From the IMG/VR virus record IMGVR_UViG_3300029267_004155: a DNA stretch of 64,000 nt. One strand, given 5' to 3'. Numbering within the stretch: position 1 is the first letter of the stretch; every line of letters starts with the position of its first letter. A model generated the notes under the pieces. It did no database searches. It had not been told where the DNA came from and saw only the letters and a program-made list of their open reading frames with translations. The stretch comes from a virus (lineage: Duplodnaviria; Caudoviricetes). The position numbers and the translations under genes were made by a program. This document shows positions 1 to 7,971 of this stretch, in pieces.

Positions 1-240
1 GGTCGGGAGGTTCAGTCCCGGGGTGATGGTGCCCGGCGTGGGCCTCGTCGAGGTTCCTGGCTGGATGTGGGTCCTGGCCTTCGCCCTCCGCGGGGTGCCC
101 TGGGCCATGGAGGAGGTCTCCGGCCCGGAGTTCGGGGCCGTGGTCCGGGCCTGGGTCGAGGAGGACGCCAGGCGGAAGGCCTCGGCCGGGATCGACCGGT
201 GTCTCAAGGAGGTGGCCAGGCTGAGGAAGGAGCTGGGGAC

Positions 241-642
241 GTGACCGAGAAGTTCTACAGGGAGCTGTGCGGGTTGCTGAACCGGCTGCTGGAGGCCGAT
301 CCGGCGAAGGCGGAGGCCGTGGCGGAGTCGGGGCTGCTGGAGCTGGCGAACGAGAGGCGCCCGCAGGTCATGGGGCCGCTGGTGGCCCATTGGCACGAGG
401 TCATGGTGGACGAGGTTTCCCAGGGCGGCAGACTGACGGCGTTCGAGCTGTGGCTTGGCGCCCGGGACGCGAAGCCGAAGGAGAAGGTTCATGAGGTCGG
501 CGGTGAGCATGGGGATGAAGCTATGGTGGATGAGGCGGCCGAAGTGCCGCGATTGCCGGAAGGTGCGGCTGCTAGGCGCGGAGGCGAGAAGGACGCGCCG
601 GTGCGCGGCTTGCAGGAGGAAGGCGGATGCTCGAGAGGCTGA
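241..642 (+). CDS. hypothetical protein
   Basis: GTG start overlapping previous stop, phage-like codon usage; 3' part overlaps an alternative Cys-rich frame (491-649). Confidence 0.5.
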   Translation: MTEKFYRELCGLLNRLLEADPAKAEAVAESGLLELANERRPQVMGPLVAHWHEVMVDEVSQGGRLTAFELWLGARDAKPKEKVHEVGGEHGDEAMVDEAAEVPRLPEGAAARRGGEKDAPVRGLQEEGGCSRG

Positions 643-802
643 GATGTAAGATGTTCGGGCATGTCCGGGGCTCGGAGGAGATTGAGGAGTCGGTTGGCCG
701 GCTTCGCGAGCCCGGCGGCCTCATGCGTGAGGGTTCCCGGCCATCTCGGGATGATGGCTTGCTGTGAGGTTGGGATGTTCGGGGTGGGATGAGGAGACGA
801 CC

Positions 803-1117
803 ATGAACGAGGATAGGTGCATGCTGGGGCCGACGAGCTCCGAGGAGATTCCCTGCTACGTGACCGCGGAGGAGAGGCCCGTCGAGCCGACGTGGTTCGG
901 CCGGCTGTGCTGTCTGGTGCTCGGGCACGTGGAGGTGGTGAGGCTGGAAGAGAGCGTCGGCGAGCTCAGGGAGCCTGACGGGGAGCCTCGCGAGGTGGTG
1001 GTTCGCCTGTTGATTACCGAATGTCTGCGCTGCGGGAAGCTGATTGCGCTTCATCCGGCGGGCGTCGCGAGGGACCCGGCTCGGGGAGGTTGGATGGAGA
1101 AGGCGGATGGCGTGTGA
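803..1117 (+). CDS. hypothetical protein with CxxC
   Basis: GAGGAG RBS; GH...CLRCG motif. Confidence 0.6.
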   Translation: MNEDRCMLGPTSSEEIPCYVTAEERPVEPTWFGRLCCLVLGHVEVVRLEESVGELREPDGEPREVVVRLLITECLRCGKLIALHPAGVARDPARGGWMEKADGV

Positions 1118-1156
1118 CTCGGGAGGAAGTTTGTGGAGACGACCATGACGTAGGAA

Positions 1157-1282
1157 CGGGAGGTGCGCGAGAGTTGGTGAAGCGAAGGGCGGCAGCCGAC
1201 TGCCGTGGGGCTCTTTGTTCCCAACCTGCCGAGGGTGCCGCGTGGCAGACGGCACGAGGTTCGATTCCTTCCCTCCCGTCCA
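1157..1282 (+). ncRNA. tRNA-like RNA with branched/expanded anticodon region
   Basis: Acceptor CGGGAGG/CCTCCCG, T+CCA end, D-arm CGC-GAGAGTTGGTGAA-GCG, T-loop GG-TTCGATT-CC; centre made of several hairpins instead of one anticodon arm. Confidence 0.65.
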
Positions 1283-1341
1283 ATCGAGGCCCGCATGCCC
1301 GGAGGTCCGGAGGGCGCGGAGTGCAGGAGAAAGGTGGGCAC

Positions 1342-2577
1342 ATGATCGACTTGACTGACGCGACGTTCATGATCGCGATGAGGGCGGACTCGGAGGAGCG
1401 TGTCCGGATGCTCCGGATGGTGGTCGACTACCTGGGGTCGGTGGTGGACGCCCCGATCCTGATAGGGGAGGAGGGTCCGGAGCCGACGCTGGAGGCCCTT
1501 TTCCCCGGGTGCGAGCACGTCTTCGTGCATTCGGCCGACGAGGTCTTCCGGAGGGCCAGGCTGCTGAACGCGATGTGGGCGCGCGTGCGCACGCGGTACG
1601 CCTTCAACCACGACGGCGACTGCTGGGTGGCCCCGGAGGGCTACCGCCGGGCGGTCGAGATGCTTAGGTGGTCGGACGTGGACGTGGCCTATCCGCACGT
1701 CCGGCTCAGGGACCACGTGGAGCTGCCGGGTCCTGGCGTCGGGTGCTCGGAGCTGGGTTCGGCGCCGTCGGTCTCCACGGCGTGGCGGCAGTACGGAGGC
1801 CTGATCGGCTATCGCCGGGAGGCCTTCGTCCGGGCCGGCATGGAGAACGAGAAGTTCGTCAGCTGGGGCTTCGAGGACGTGTCCAGGCTGGAGCGCCTGG
1901 AGAGGCTCGGGCAGAAGGCCGTGTGCGTCAGGGACTTCAGGCTCAGGCACTTCCTGCATGCCAGGCCGTTGAACAGCGACATGTCCAGCGAGTACGTCTC
2001 GGGGAACGAGGCGGAGCTGTGGCGGATGAGGGGGATGAGCCTGGAGGACCTGGTCTGGTACGTGTCGAGCTGGCCGTGGTCCGCCCACGTCCACGGGGAC
2101 GGCCATCTCCTGTTCGACCGCCACCCGTCGATGGCCAGGGTTCACGGGTGGGCGTCGAACGCGGGGCTTCACGAGGACGGGTTCCTGAGGAAGGAGTGGG
2201 CGTACGGGAGGATGGTTCTCGCGCTGAGGCCCGAGGAGGACGGCCCGGTTGGCGTCGCGCTCCCTTTCCGGCCCGGCGGCTACGCCTTCGATCCACCGGA
2301 CCTGCGGGAGGCCGCGCTCGTGGTCCGGTACGTCGGGTCCGATCCGTTCAGGCTGGCGCTGTTCGACGGGGGAGGGCGGCCCTCGAAGGAGGTCGTGGTC
2401 GAGCCGCGCGACACGTCGGGGTCGTGGTCGGGCGTGGAGTGGCAGGAGGTCTCGGTGCCGATGCTCGGGATGTTCGGGCAGCCGGGGCCAGCAGGCGGCC
2501 TGATGACGCTGGCGTTGAACTTCGCCGGGCTGACCAGGGACTTCGCGATAGGGGAGGCGGGGTTGAGATGGGGCTAG
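1342..2577 (+). CDS. glycosyltransferase (GT-A fold, GT2/GT7-C-like) with extra C-terminal domain
   Basis: DGD (DxD) motif, GMENEKFVSWGFED galactosyltransferase C-terminal signature, RBS upstream. Confidence 0.8.
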   Translation: MIDLTDATFMIAMRADSEERVRMLRMVVDYLGSVVDAPILIGEEGPEPTLEALFPGCEHVFVHSADEVFRRARLLNAMWARVRTRYAFNHDGDCWVAPEGYRRAVEMLRWSDVDVAYPHVRLRDHVELPGPGVGCSELGSAPSVSTAWRQYGGLIGYRREAFVRAGMENEKFVSWGFEDVSRLERLERLGQKAVCVRDFRLRHFLHARPLNSDMSSEYVSGNEAELWRMRGMSLEDLVWYVSSWPWSAHVHGDGHLLFDRHPSMARVHGWASNAGLHEDGFLRKEWAYGRMVLALRPEEDGPVGVALPFRPGGYAFDPPDLREAALVVRYVGSDPFRLALFDGGGRPSKEVVVEPRDTSGSWSGVEWQEVSVPMLGMFGQPGPAGGLMTLALNFAGLTRDFAIGEAGLRWG

Positions 2578-2924
2578 ACAGGGAGACGTGCCGGGGGTGC
2601 GTCTTGACGTACGTGAGAAGAACCTTCGTGCCCGGCGCCTTCGACGACGAGCAGCTCGACCTCTTCGCGAGGGATTGGGAGAGGGGGGAGGTGCGGTGTC
2701 CCGGCGTGTTGCGGCTGCCGGCCACGGAGACGCCGATGAGGGTCGGCGAAAGCGGGCGCTTCATCTTCGAGAGCTTCGTCGGGGTCGGCGGGCCGATTCC
2801 CGGCTGCTGCCTGGAGAAGGAGGGGCAGCTGGGCCCGGAGGCGTGGGGCGCGTACCTGAGGGCCCTGGAGCTGAACGGGGAGCTGTTGCCGGGCGAGGTC
2901 GTGGCGACGGCGGAGGAGAGATGA
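2568..2924 (+). CDS. hypothetical protein
   Basis: ATG coupled to upstream gene, CxxC. Confidence 0.55.
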   Translation: MGLDRETCRGCVLTYVRRTFVPGAFDDEQLDLFARDWERGEVRCPGVLRLPATETPMRVGESGRFIFESFVGVGGPIPGCCLEKEGQLGPEAWGAYLRALELNGELLPGEVVATAEER

Positions 2925-3223
2925 GCATCCTCGACGACATGGACCTGAGCGACCCGGTCGTGGTCCGGATGGAGTGGCAGGACGACAAGTACGATTCGGG
3001 GCGGTGGCTCGGGGAGCACGAGTGGCAGTGCGCGTGCGAAGGGTGGAACGGAAGGCCGGTGGCGCCTCGCAGGGTGCACAGGAGGCTGAACGTTAAGCGT
3101 GGGCAGATTTTGACGGCGGTGACCTGCGACGCCTGCGAGCGTTGCGGGTGCGGCGTCACGGTGATGTTCGTGGCTCACGACGACGGGAGCGTGGAGGCGG
3201 CCGATGAAGACGACCCACGGTAG
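2921..3223 (+). CDS. hypothetical Cys-rich protein
   Basis: GGAGGAG RBS, ATGA overlap. Confidence 0.6.
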   Translation: MSILDDMDLSDPVVVRMEWQDDKYDSGRWLGEHEWQCACEGWNGRPVAPRRVHRRLNVKRGQILTAVTCDACERCGCGVTVMFVAHDDGSVEAADEDDPR

Positions 3224-3443
3224 TTTTGCCGTGACGATTCCGTGGGACGGGACGCACGAGTGTGGCCGGTGCGGGCACCGGTGGCGCGAGGCGGCCGAGA
3301 AGGACGTGGTTCCAGGAGTGGTCGAGCAAGTCGCGGCCTTCGAGGAGTGCCCGTCCTGCGGCGGGAGGTTGTGGACGCTGTTCCGCGGCTACCGCGACGG
3401 GAGCGTCGGGACGGAAGGAGAGACATGGATTGGCAGTGGATGA
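3204..3443 (+). CDS. zinc-ribbon protein
   Basis: CGRC...CPSC. Confidence 0.6.
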   Translation: MKTTHGSFAVTIPWDGTHECGRCGHRWREAAEKDVVPGVVEQVAAFEECPSCGGRLWTLFRGYRDGSVGTEGETWIGSG

Positions 3444-3488
3444 TCTTGTGCGTCTGTGGCTGAGGCGTATAATGGTGGCGGAGGCGAG

Positions 3489-4064
3489 ATGGAAAAGGCC
3501 ACTTTGACCGACATACTGGACATGTGGATGATGCGGACGCCGAGGCTTTTCAAGAGCGACGCGACCGCCTTGAGTTTCCTGGAGGCCTGCGCCGGGGTGG
3601 CGCGGGGAGAGGTTGGGCTCGCGCGACCGCCGGAGCTGCTGGCGGCCGGGGGCTTCTCCTCCTCCGGGGTTGACGCTGAGGAGATGAGGAAGGAGCTGGC
3701 CTTCGTGGCCGGAGAAGGAGCGGACGATGACAGACCAGGCGGACCAGGCGGAGTTGACGGCGAGGGAGTCGGAGGACAGGAGGAAGTGGCCGGAGAAGGA
3801 GGCGGAGGACACGAGAAGGTGGCCGCGGAAGGAGCAGGAGGCGGGAGGCCAGGCGGAGCCGAGGGCGAGGGGGTCGGAGGACAGGAGAAGGGGACCGGAG
3901 GACAGGAGAAGGGGGTCGGAGGACAGAGGAAGGGGGGCGAGGGACCAGGGGCCTCCGGGGAACCCTCACGTCCAGCACATGAGGGGCGTGATCCTGGAGA
4001 CGATCCGGGCCGTGCAGAAGGAGAAGCACGACTGCCTGGACTGCTTCCAGGCTTTCGCCCGTAG
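3489..4064 (+). CDS. hypothetical protein (Gly/Glu-rich tail overlaps next ORF)
   Basis: GGAGG RBS downstream of TATAAT at 3468. Confidence 0.45.
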   Translation: MEKATLTDILDMWMMRTPRLFKSDATALSFLEACAGVARGEVGLARPPELLAAGGFSSSGVDAEEMRKELAFVAGEGADDDRPGGPGGVDGEGVGGQEEVAGEGGGGHEKVAAEGAGGGRPGGAEGEGVGGQEKGTGGQEKGVGGQRKGGEGPGASGEPSRPAHEGRDPGDDPGRAEGEARLPGLLPGFRP

Positions 4065-4143
4065 CGCCCGGGACGAGGAGGAGCTCAAGAACGTGATGAA
4101 CGGCATGATGCTGGTGGGGAGGCTGCACAGCAATGACGCCTGA
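3727..4143 (+). CDS. hypothetical protein with EDRRR repeats
   Basis: AAGGAG RBS; 21-nt tandem repeats ~3870-3932. Confidence 0.55.
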   Translation: MTDQADQAELTARESEDRRKWPEKEAEDTRRWPRKEQEAGGQAEPRARGSEDRRRGPEDRRRGSEDRGRGARDQGPPGNPHVQHMRGVILETIRAVQKEKHDCLDCFQAFARSARDEEELKNVMNGMMLVGRLHSNDA

Positions 4144-4351
4144 CGAACAGCTGATCTGCACCCGGTGCGGCGCCGAGATCGAGAGCATGATGGATGTGGG
4201 CTATCTGGGGCCGAGGGACCGGGGCGACAGGAGCTGCCACCCGTTCATGGAGTTCGAGACGGTCTGCCGGGAGTGCGAGGACAAAGGTGCCGAAGGCACG
4301 TCGGGAAAATCCGGCGACGGGGTTGGCAAGTCGGCGCCCGAGGGTGTATAA
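4133..4351 (+). CDS. small zinc-finger protein
   Basis: CTRC...CREC. Confidence 0.55.
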   Translation: MTPDEQLICTRCGAEIESMMDVGYLGPRDRGDRSCHPFMEFETVCRECEDKGAEGTSGKSGDGVGKSAPEGV

Positions 4352-4352
4352 T
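4323..4352 (+). promoter_or_regulatory. sigma70-like promoter for tRNA block 1
   Basis: TTGGCA-N18-TATAAT. Confidence 0.75.
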
Positions 4353-4420
4353 GGGATTTTGGACGACGGGTGAGGGTCCTGGCCAATTCCAGGGCTGGAC
4401 CCCACAAACCGAGAGAGACG

Positions 4421-4510
4421 ATGGACAAGCAGAGTCGCAACCTGATGTTGGCATGTTGTGGGCGGGGATATTCCTCGTTCCGCCTTACGCCTGCGTCCGG
4501 GCTGCGTTGA
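4421..4510 (+). CDS. leader peptide 1 (MDKQSRNLMLACCGRGYSSFRLTPASGLR), putative attenuator
   Basis: Short ORF between promoter and terminator; contains GCGTCCGGG (4493-4501) complementary to terminator 5' arm; codons match block-1 tRNAs. Confidence 0.75.
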   Translation: MDKQSRNLMLACCGRGYSSFRLTPASGLR

Positions 4511-4529
4511 CGCTCGTCGAAGCCCCTAG

Positions 4530-4568
4530 GCCCCCGGACGCGAAAGCCTCCGGGGGTTTTTCTGTTTC
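4530..4568 (+). terminator. intrinsic terminator (attenuator 1)
   Basis: GCCCCCGGA-CGC-GAAA-GCC-TCCGGGGGT followed by T-tract, directly before the first tRNA. Confidence 0.85.
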
Positions 4569-4569
4569 T

Positions 4570-4660
4570 GGAGGGCGACCGGCTGCACGAGGAGCTCGAT
4601 TTGAAATCGGGTAGGCCCTGGAAACGGGGTCTCGGGGTTGGAGTCCCCGGCCCTCCTCCA
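4570..4660 (+). tRNA. tRNA-Ser(TGA), atypical
   Basis: Cloverleaf, long variable arm, CCA; T-loop TTGGAGT, U73. Confidence 0.75.
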
Positions 4661-4669
4661 GGATTGAAA

Positions 4670-4754
4670 GGCCCAGTGGCGGAATTGGCATACGCGCCCG
4701 ATTCAAAATCGGGTCCCTTCGGGGATGGGAGTTCGACTCTCCCCTGGGCTACCA
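4670..4754 (+). tRNA. tRNA-Leu(CAA)
   Basis: Cloverleaf with CCA. Confidence 0.93.
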
Positions 4755-4816
4755 GCAACAAATGGAACGAGATAGCGAGTCCGGGATCGAGAGAAGGAGA
4801 TGATCGACGACGAGAT

Positions 4817-4902
4817 GCGTCGGCTGAGCATTTGGCGAGCTCCCCGGTCTGTAAAATCGGCGCCTTCGGGCTTTGATGGTTCGACTCCATCTCGGCGCAC
4901 CA
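4817..4902 (+). tRNA. tRNA-Tyr(GTA)
   Basis: Cloverleaf, variable arm, CCA. Confidence 0.88.
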
Positions 4903-4915
4903 ACAACTGAACAGT

Positions 4916-5002
4916 GGTCCCGTGCCGGAATTGGCATACGGCCCCGGTTGAGGGCCGGGGGCCCGAGAGGGCGTGGGAGTTCGAGTCTCCCCGGGGTCAC
5001 CA
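4916..5002 (+). tRNA. tRNA-Leu(GAG)
   Basis: Cloverleaf with CCA. Confidence 0.92.
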
Positions 5003-5010
5003 GGAATCAT

Positions 5011-5101
5011 GGAGAGCATCCGGCCGGATGAGGAGCGCGTTTCGAAAGCGCGTAGGTCCCGGGAACGGGGCTTCGGAGTTCGAGTCTCCGGCTCTCCGCC
5101 A
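5011..5101 (+). tRNA. tRNA-Ser(CGA)
   Basis: Cloverleaf, long variable arm, G73-CCA; atypical D-arm. Confidence 0.85.
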
Positions 5102-5199
5102 AGATGTGGACCGGGGCTTCAAACCTCGGTGCAACCCATTAACGTCTTGTGGGGTATGCAAAGGCGTGACTTCGCCGGGTGGAGAGAACCCGGCAACAA

Positions 5200-5285
5200 G
5201 CCCGGGTGGTGGAATTGGCAGACACGCTGCGCTCAGACCGCAGTGCCGAAAGGCGGTGAGGGTTCGACTCCCTCCTCGGGCACCA
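5200..5285 (+). tRNA. tRNA-Leu(CAG)
   Basis: Cloverleaf with CCA. Confidence 0.93.
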
Positions 5286-5294
5286 GATTTAGAC

Positions 5295-5371
5295 GCAGTG
5301 GTAGCTCAGCCAGGTAGAGCTTCCGCCTTCCAAGCGGAAGGTCGCGCGTTCGATTCGCGTCCACTGCACCA
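5295..5371 (+). tRNA. tRNA-Gly(TCC)
   Basis: Cloverleaf with CCA; A73. Confidence 0.92.
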
Positions 5372-5387
5372 TTGATAGGAGGAAGGA

Positions 5388-5564
5388 GTGAGGGCGCCAA
5401 ACTCGGTGATACGCGAGCGACTTGACCGTTGGTGCAAGCCGTGTCGTAAGATGGACGCCAAGGCGATGGTGTGCTTGGTGGAGAGGTGCAACGTCAGACG
5501 AAAGGCGTCGTTGGCAGAAGAGTCGTGCCCGATGGGTTTCTGGGGGAAGTACGAGGAGATTTGA
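5388..5564 (+). CDS. small Cys-rich protein (R..CxxC..C..C..K..CP..W pattern)
   Basis: GGAGGAAGGA RBS, GTG start, 58 aa; absent from the ORF track. Confidence 0.65.
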   Translation: MRAPNSVIRERLDRWCKPCRKMDAKAMVCLVERCNVRRKASLAEESCPMGFWGKYEEI

Positions 5565-5569
5565 ATAGT

Positions 5570-5660
5570 GGAGAGCGTCCGGATGGACGAGGAGTCGGTT
5601 TGCTAAACCGGTAGGCCCTGGAAACGGGGTTTCGGGGTTCGATTCCCCGGCTCTCCGCCA
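5570..5660 (+). tRNA. tRNA-Ser(GCT)
   Basis: Cloverleaf, long variable arm, CCA. Confidence 0.87.
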
Positions 5661-5738
5661 AAGATTGTGTCCCGACCGGTGCTCGGGCTTGGCAGCCCGA
5701 CGGGTCCAAACGCCCGGCCAGAACTGGAAGGGACTTTC

Positions 5739-5815
5739 GGTGAGGTAGCTCAGTCCGGTAGAGCACTCGGTTGAAGCCCGAGGCGTCGTTGGTTCGATTC
5801 CGACTCTCACCACCA
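5739..5815 (+). tRNA. tRNA-Phe(GAA)
   Basis: Cloverleaf with CCA. Confidence 0.93.
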
Positions 5816-5820
5816 ATTTG

Positions 5821-5904
5821 GCCCGAGTGGCGGAATGGCAGACGCGGCCGGTTTAAGTTCGGCTGTCGAAAGGCGTGCAGGTTCGATCCCTGTCTCGGGC
5901 ACCA
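5821..5904 (+). tRNA. tRNA-Leu(TAA)
   Basis: Cloverleaf with CCA. Confidence 0.92.
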
Positions 5905-5906
5905 AG

Positions 5907-5930
5907 GTGTAGCAGTGTAGCAGTGTAGCA
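5907..5930. repeat. tandem repeat (GTGTAGCA)x3
   Basis: Three exact copies in a tRNA spacer. Confidence 0.9.
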
Positions 5931-5942
5931 AAGGAGATTTTT

Positions 5943-6018
5943 GGCGGGGTGGCTGAGAGGTTTAGGCGCGCGGTTGCAACCCGCGTTCATGAGGGTTCGA
6001 GTCCCTCCCCCGTCTCCA
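5943..6018 (+). tRNA. tRNA-Cys(GCA)
   Basis: Cloverleaf, U73, CCA. Confidence 0.92.
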
Positions 6019-6026
6019 TTTTCGAT

Positions 6027-6196
6027 GAGGCCGTCCACCTAATGGCAAGGGCCGGAGCGGAGCGCCGCATAGCCCGTCGAGGCGCAAGCGCGACGGGTGA
6101 CGCCTGCGAGTCCAAAGGGCTGTGACATGGCCAGCCACGCGGGCTGCGGAATGGGCAGGACGCACCGGGATGCGGGTTCGAGTCCCGTCGGCTTCA
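6027..6196 (+). ncRNA. tRNA-like RNA with ~100-nt structured insert replacing the anticodon loop
   Basis: Acceptor GAGGCCG/CGGCTTC, D-loop TAATGGCAA, T-arm GCGGG-TTCGAGT-CCCGT, CCGG/CCGG stem enclosing the insert. Confidence 0.65.
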
Positions 6197-6204
6197 GACT
6201 TTGA

Positions 6205-6295
6205 GGAGAGCATCCGGCTGCATGAGGAGCGCCGTTGGAAACGGCGTCGGTCCGGGAAACCGGGCTTCGGGGTTGGAGTCCCCGGCTCTCCGCCA
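6205..6295 (+). tRNA. tRNA-Ser(GGA), atypical elbow
   Basis: Cloverleaf, long variable arm, CCA; T-loop TTGGAGT. Confidence 0.82.
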
Positions 6296-6327
6296 GTATG
6301 TTAAGGGCAACCCAAAGGAGGTTGCTG

Positions 6328-6993
6328 ATGAAGATCGAGGGCTGTCGGGTGGCCGCGGCGATGGTCGTCTATCACACCTACGGCCTGATGAGGAAGGCGG
6401 TGGCGTCGGTGAGGAGGTTCTATCCGGACATCGACTTCTTCGTGGTGGACAACACCGAGGGGGTCGCTCCGAGGAACGTCAGGAAATGGGCGAAGAGGAA
6501 CCGGGTGAGGCTTATCCGGGTGGGGTCCAACATCGGCCATGGGCCGGGGATGAACGTGGCGCTGTGGGCGACGGAGGCCGACGTGCTGCTGATGCTGGAC
6601 AGCGATACGGAGATGTACGAGCCGAACTTGCTGGAGGACGCCCTGGCGAAGGTCGGGGGCCGGAAGACCAGGTGGTACGGGATAGGGCCGGTCGCGCCGG
6701 TGAAAAGGCCGGTGGGAGGCGAGAAGGTTTCGTACCTTCATTCGTCGACGTGCCTCTTCCATGTCGGGTACTATCGGCGGTTCGAGCCGTTCACGGACCA
6801 CGGGCTTGCGCTGGTGGCGCCGATGTACGAGCTGAGGGTCAAGAGGATGGAGTCGATGCTGGTGGACTTCCCGGTCCAGGACTACGTGCATCACCTCTGG
6901 AGAGGAACCAGGGACTTTTGCAGGGGCCACCAGCTGGACAGGTCTTACGAAAGCCGGAAGTCGGCCTCCTGGTGGGAGCCTGGGAAGTTTTGA
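6328..6993 (+). CDS. glycosyltransferase family 2
   Basis: VVDN, N.GHG.GMN and LDSD motifs; AAGGAGG RBS. Confidence 0.85.
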   Translation: MKIEGCRVAAAMVVYHTYGLMRKAVASVRRFYPDIDFFVVDNTEGVAPRNVRKWAKRNRVRLIRVGSNIGHGPGMNVALWATEADVLLMLDSDTEMYEPNLLEDALAKVGGRKTRWYGIGPVAPVKRPVGGEKVSYLHSSTCLFHVGYYRRFEPFTDHGLALVAPMYELRVKRMESMLVDFPVQDYVHHLWRGTRDFCRGHQLDRSYESRKSASWWEPGKF

Positions 6994-6999
6994 TAATGA

Positions 7000-7077
7000 G
7001 CGCCCGTAGCTCAGTCTGAATAGAGCGCCCCGCTACGGACGGGGAAGTCGCAGGTTTGAATCCTGCCGGGCGTGCCA
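7000..7077 (+). tRNA. tRNA-Arg(ACG)
   Basis: Cloverleaf with CCA; D-loop GA with T-loop TTTGAAT. Confidence 0.88.
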
Positions 7078-7084
7078 ACTTTGA

Positions 7085-7160
7085 GGACCTGTAGTTCAGT
7101 TGGAAGAACATCGGTCTCCGAAGCCGAAGGTCGCGGGTTCGAGTCCCGCCGGGTCCTCCA
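7085..7160 (+). tRNA. tRNA-Arg(CCG)
   Basis: Cloverleaf with CCA. Confidence 0.92.
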
Positions 7161-7167
7161 GAATTAT

Positions 7168-7244
7168 CCGTCTGTAGCTCAGTTGGTTAGAGCGGTCGTC
7201 TCATACGCGACAGGTTGTAGGTTCGATCCCTACCAGACGGACCA
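7168..7244 (+). tRNA. tRNA-Met(CAT), elongator-type
   Basis: Cloverleaf with CCA, paired 1:72. Confidence 0.88.
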
Positions 7245-7347
7245 TCCTCTTTGAAGACGGGCCTCTGGCGGTGTACAATAGGCCAGGAGGTGCGCCGCGA
7301 GGCTTGAGGCGAGGTGACGATCGACGACTACGAGAAGGAGCGGGGCG

Positions 7348-7971
7348 ATGACGGGAGTGCTTGACAGGCGGGTCCTGGTGCTTGACGGCTCGTGGAGGCC
7401 GGTGGACGTGACGAACGTGGTCGGGGCCCTGTGCAAGGTGTGCGCGGGGAAGGCCGACGTCGTCGACAATGACTACTCCCTCTACGGCTTCGAGGAGTGG
7501 GTCGAGAGCTGGTCCGACGCGGCCAGGGCCGCGGAGATGGCCGAGTCGGGGCGCCCCCTCGTGCGTTCCAGGAGCTTCGCCTTCCCGGCGCCGGAGGTCA
7601 TCCGGCTCGTCCGGAAGGTCCGCTTCTGGCGTCGTCGGGCCAAGCTCTGCCGGAAGGCGATCTTCGCCCGCGACCGGAACGTCTGTCAGTACTGCGGCAA
7701 GAAGCTGCCGGCCTCCAAGCTCAACATCGACCACGTGGTCCCCAAGTCCAGGGGTGGAGGCACGACCTGGGAGAACCTGGTTCTCTCGTGCGTGAGGTGC
7801 AACCACAAGAAGGACAGCCGGACGCCCAGGGAGGCGGGCCTGACGCTCCTGAGGGAGCCGAGGGAGCCGCACTGGGCCGTCGTCAACAGGCGTGGCATCC
7901 TGAGGGACCCTCCCAGGTCGTGGGAGGACTTCCTCGGCGCCATGTACTGGGACGTCGAGCTGGAGGGCTGA
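7348..7971 (+). CDS. HNH endonuclease (McrA-like)
   Basis: RDRNVCQYCG...IDHVVPKSRGG...ENLVLSCVRCNHKK. Confidence 0.95.
   Translation: MTGVLDRRVLVLDGSWRPVDVTNVVGALCKVCAGKADVVDNDYSLYGFEEWVESWSDAARAAEMAESGRPLVRSRSFAFPAPEVIRLVRKVRFWRRRAKLCRKAIFARDRNVCQYCGKKLPASKLNIDHVVPKSRGGGTTWENLVLSCVRCNHKKDSRTPREAGLTLLREPREPHWAVVNRRGILRDPPRSWEDFLGAMYWDVELEG

Noticed and set aside
5109-5129. tRNA-Sec from the CTTCAAA loop
   Set aside because: No acceptor stem, D-arm or T-arm around it
6027-6196. tmRNA
   Set aside because: About 170 nt, no tag ORF, lacks the GGGG..TCCACCA ends
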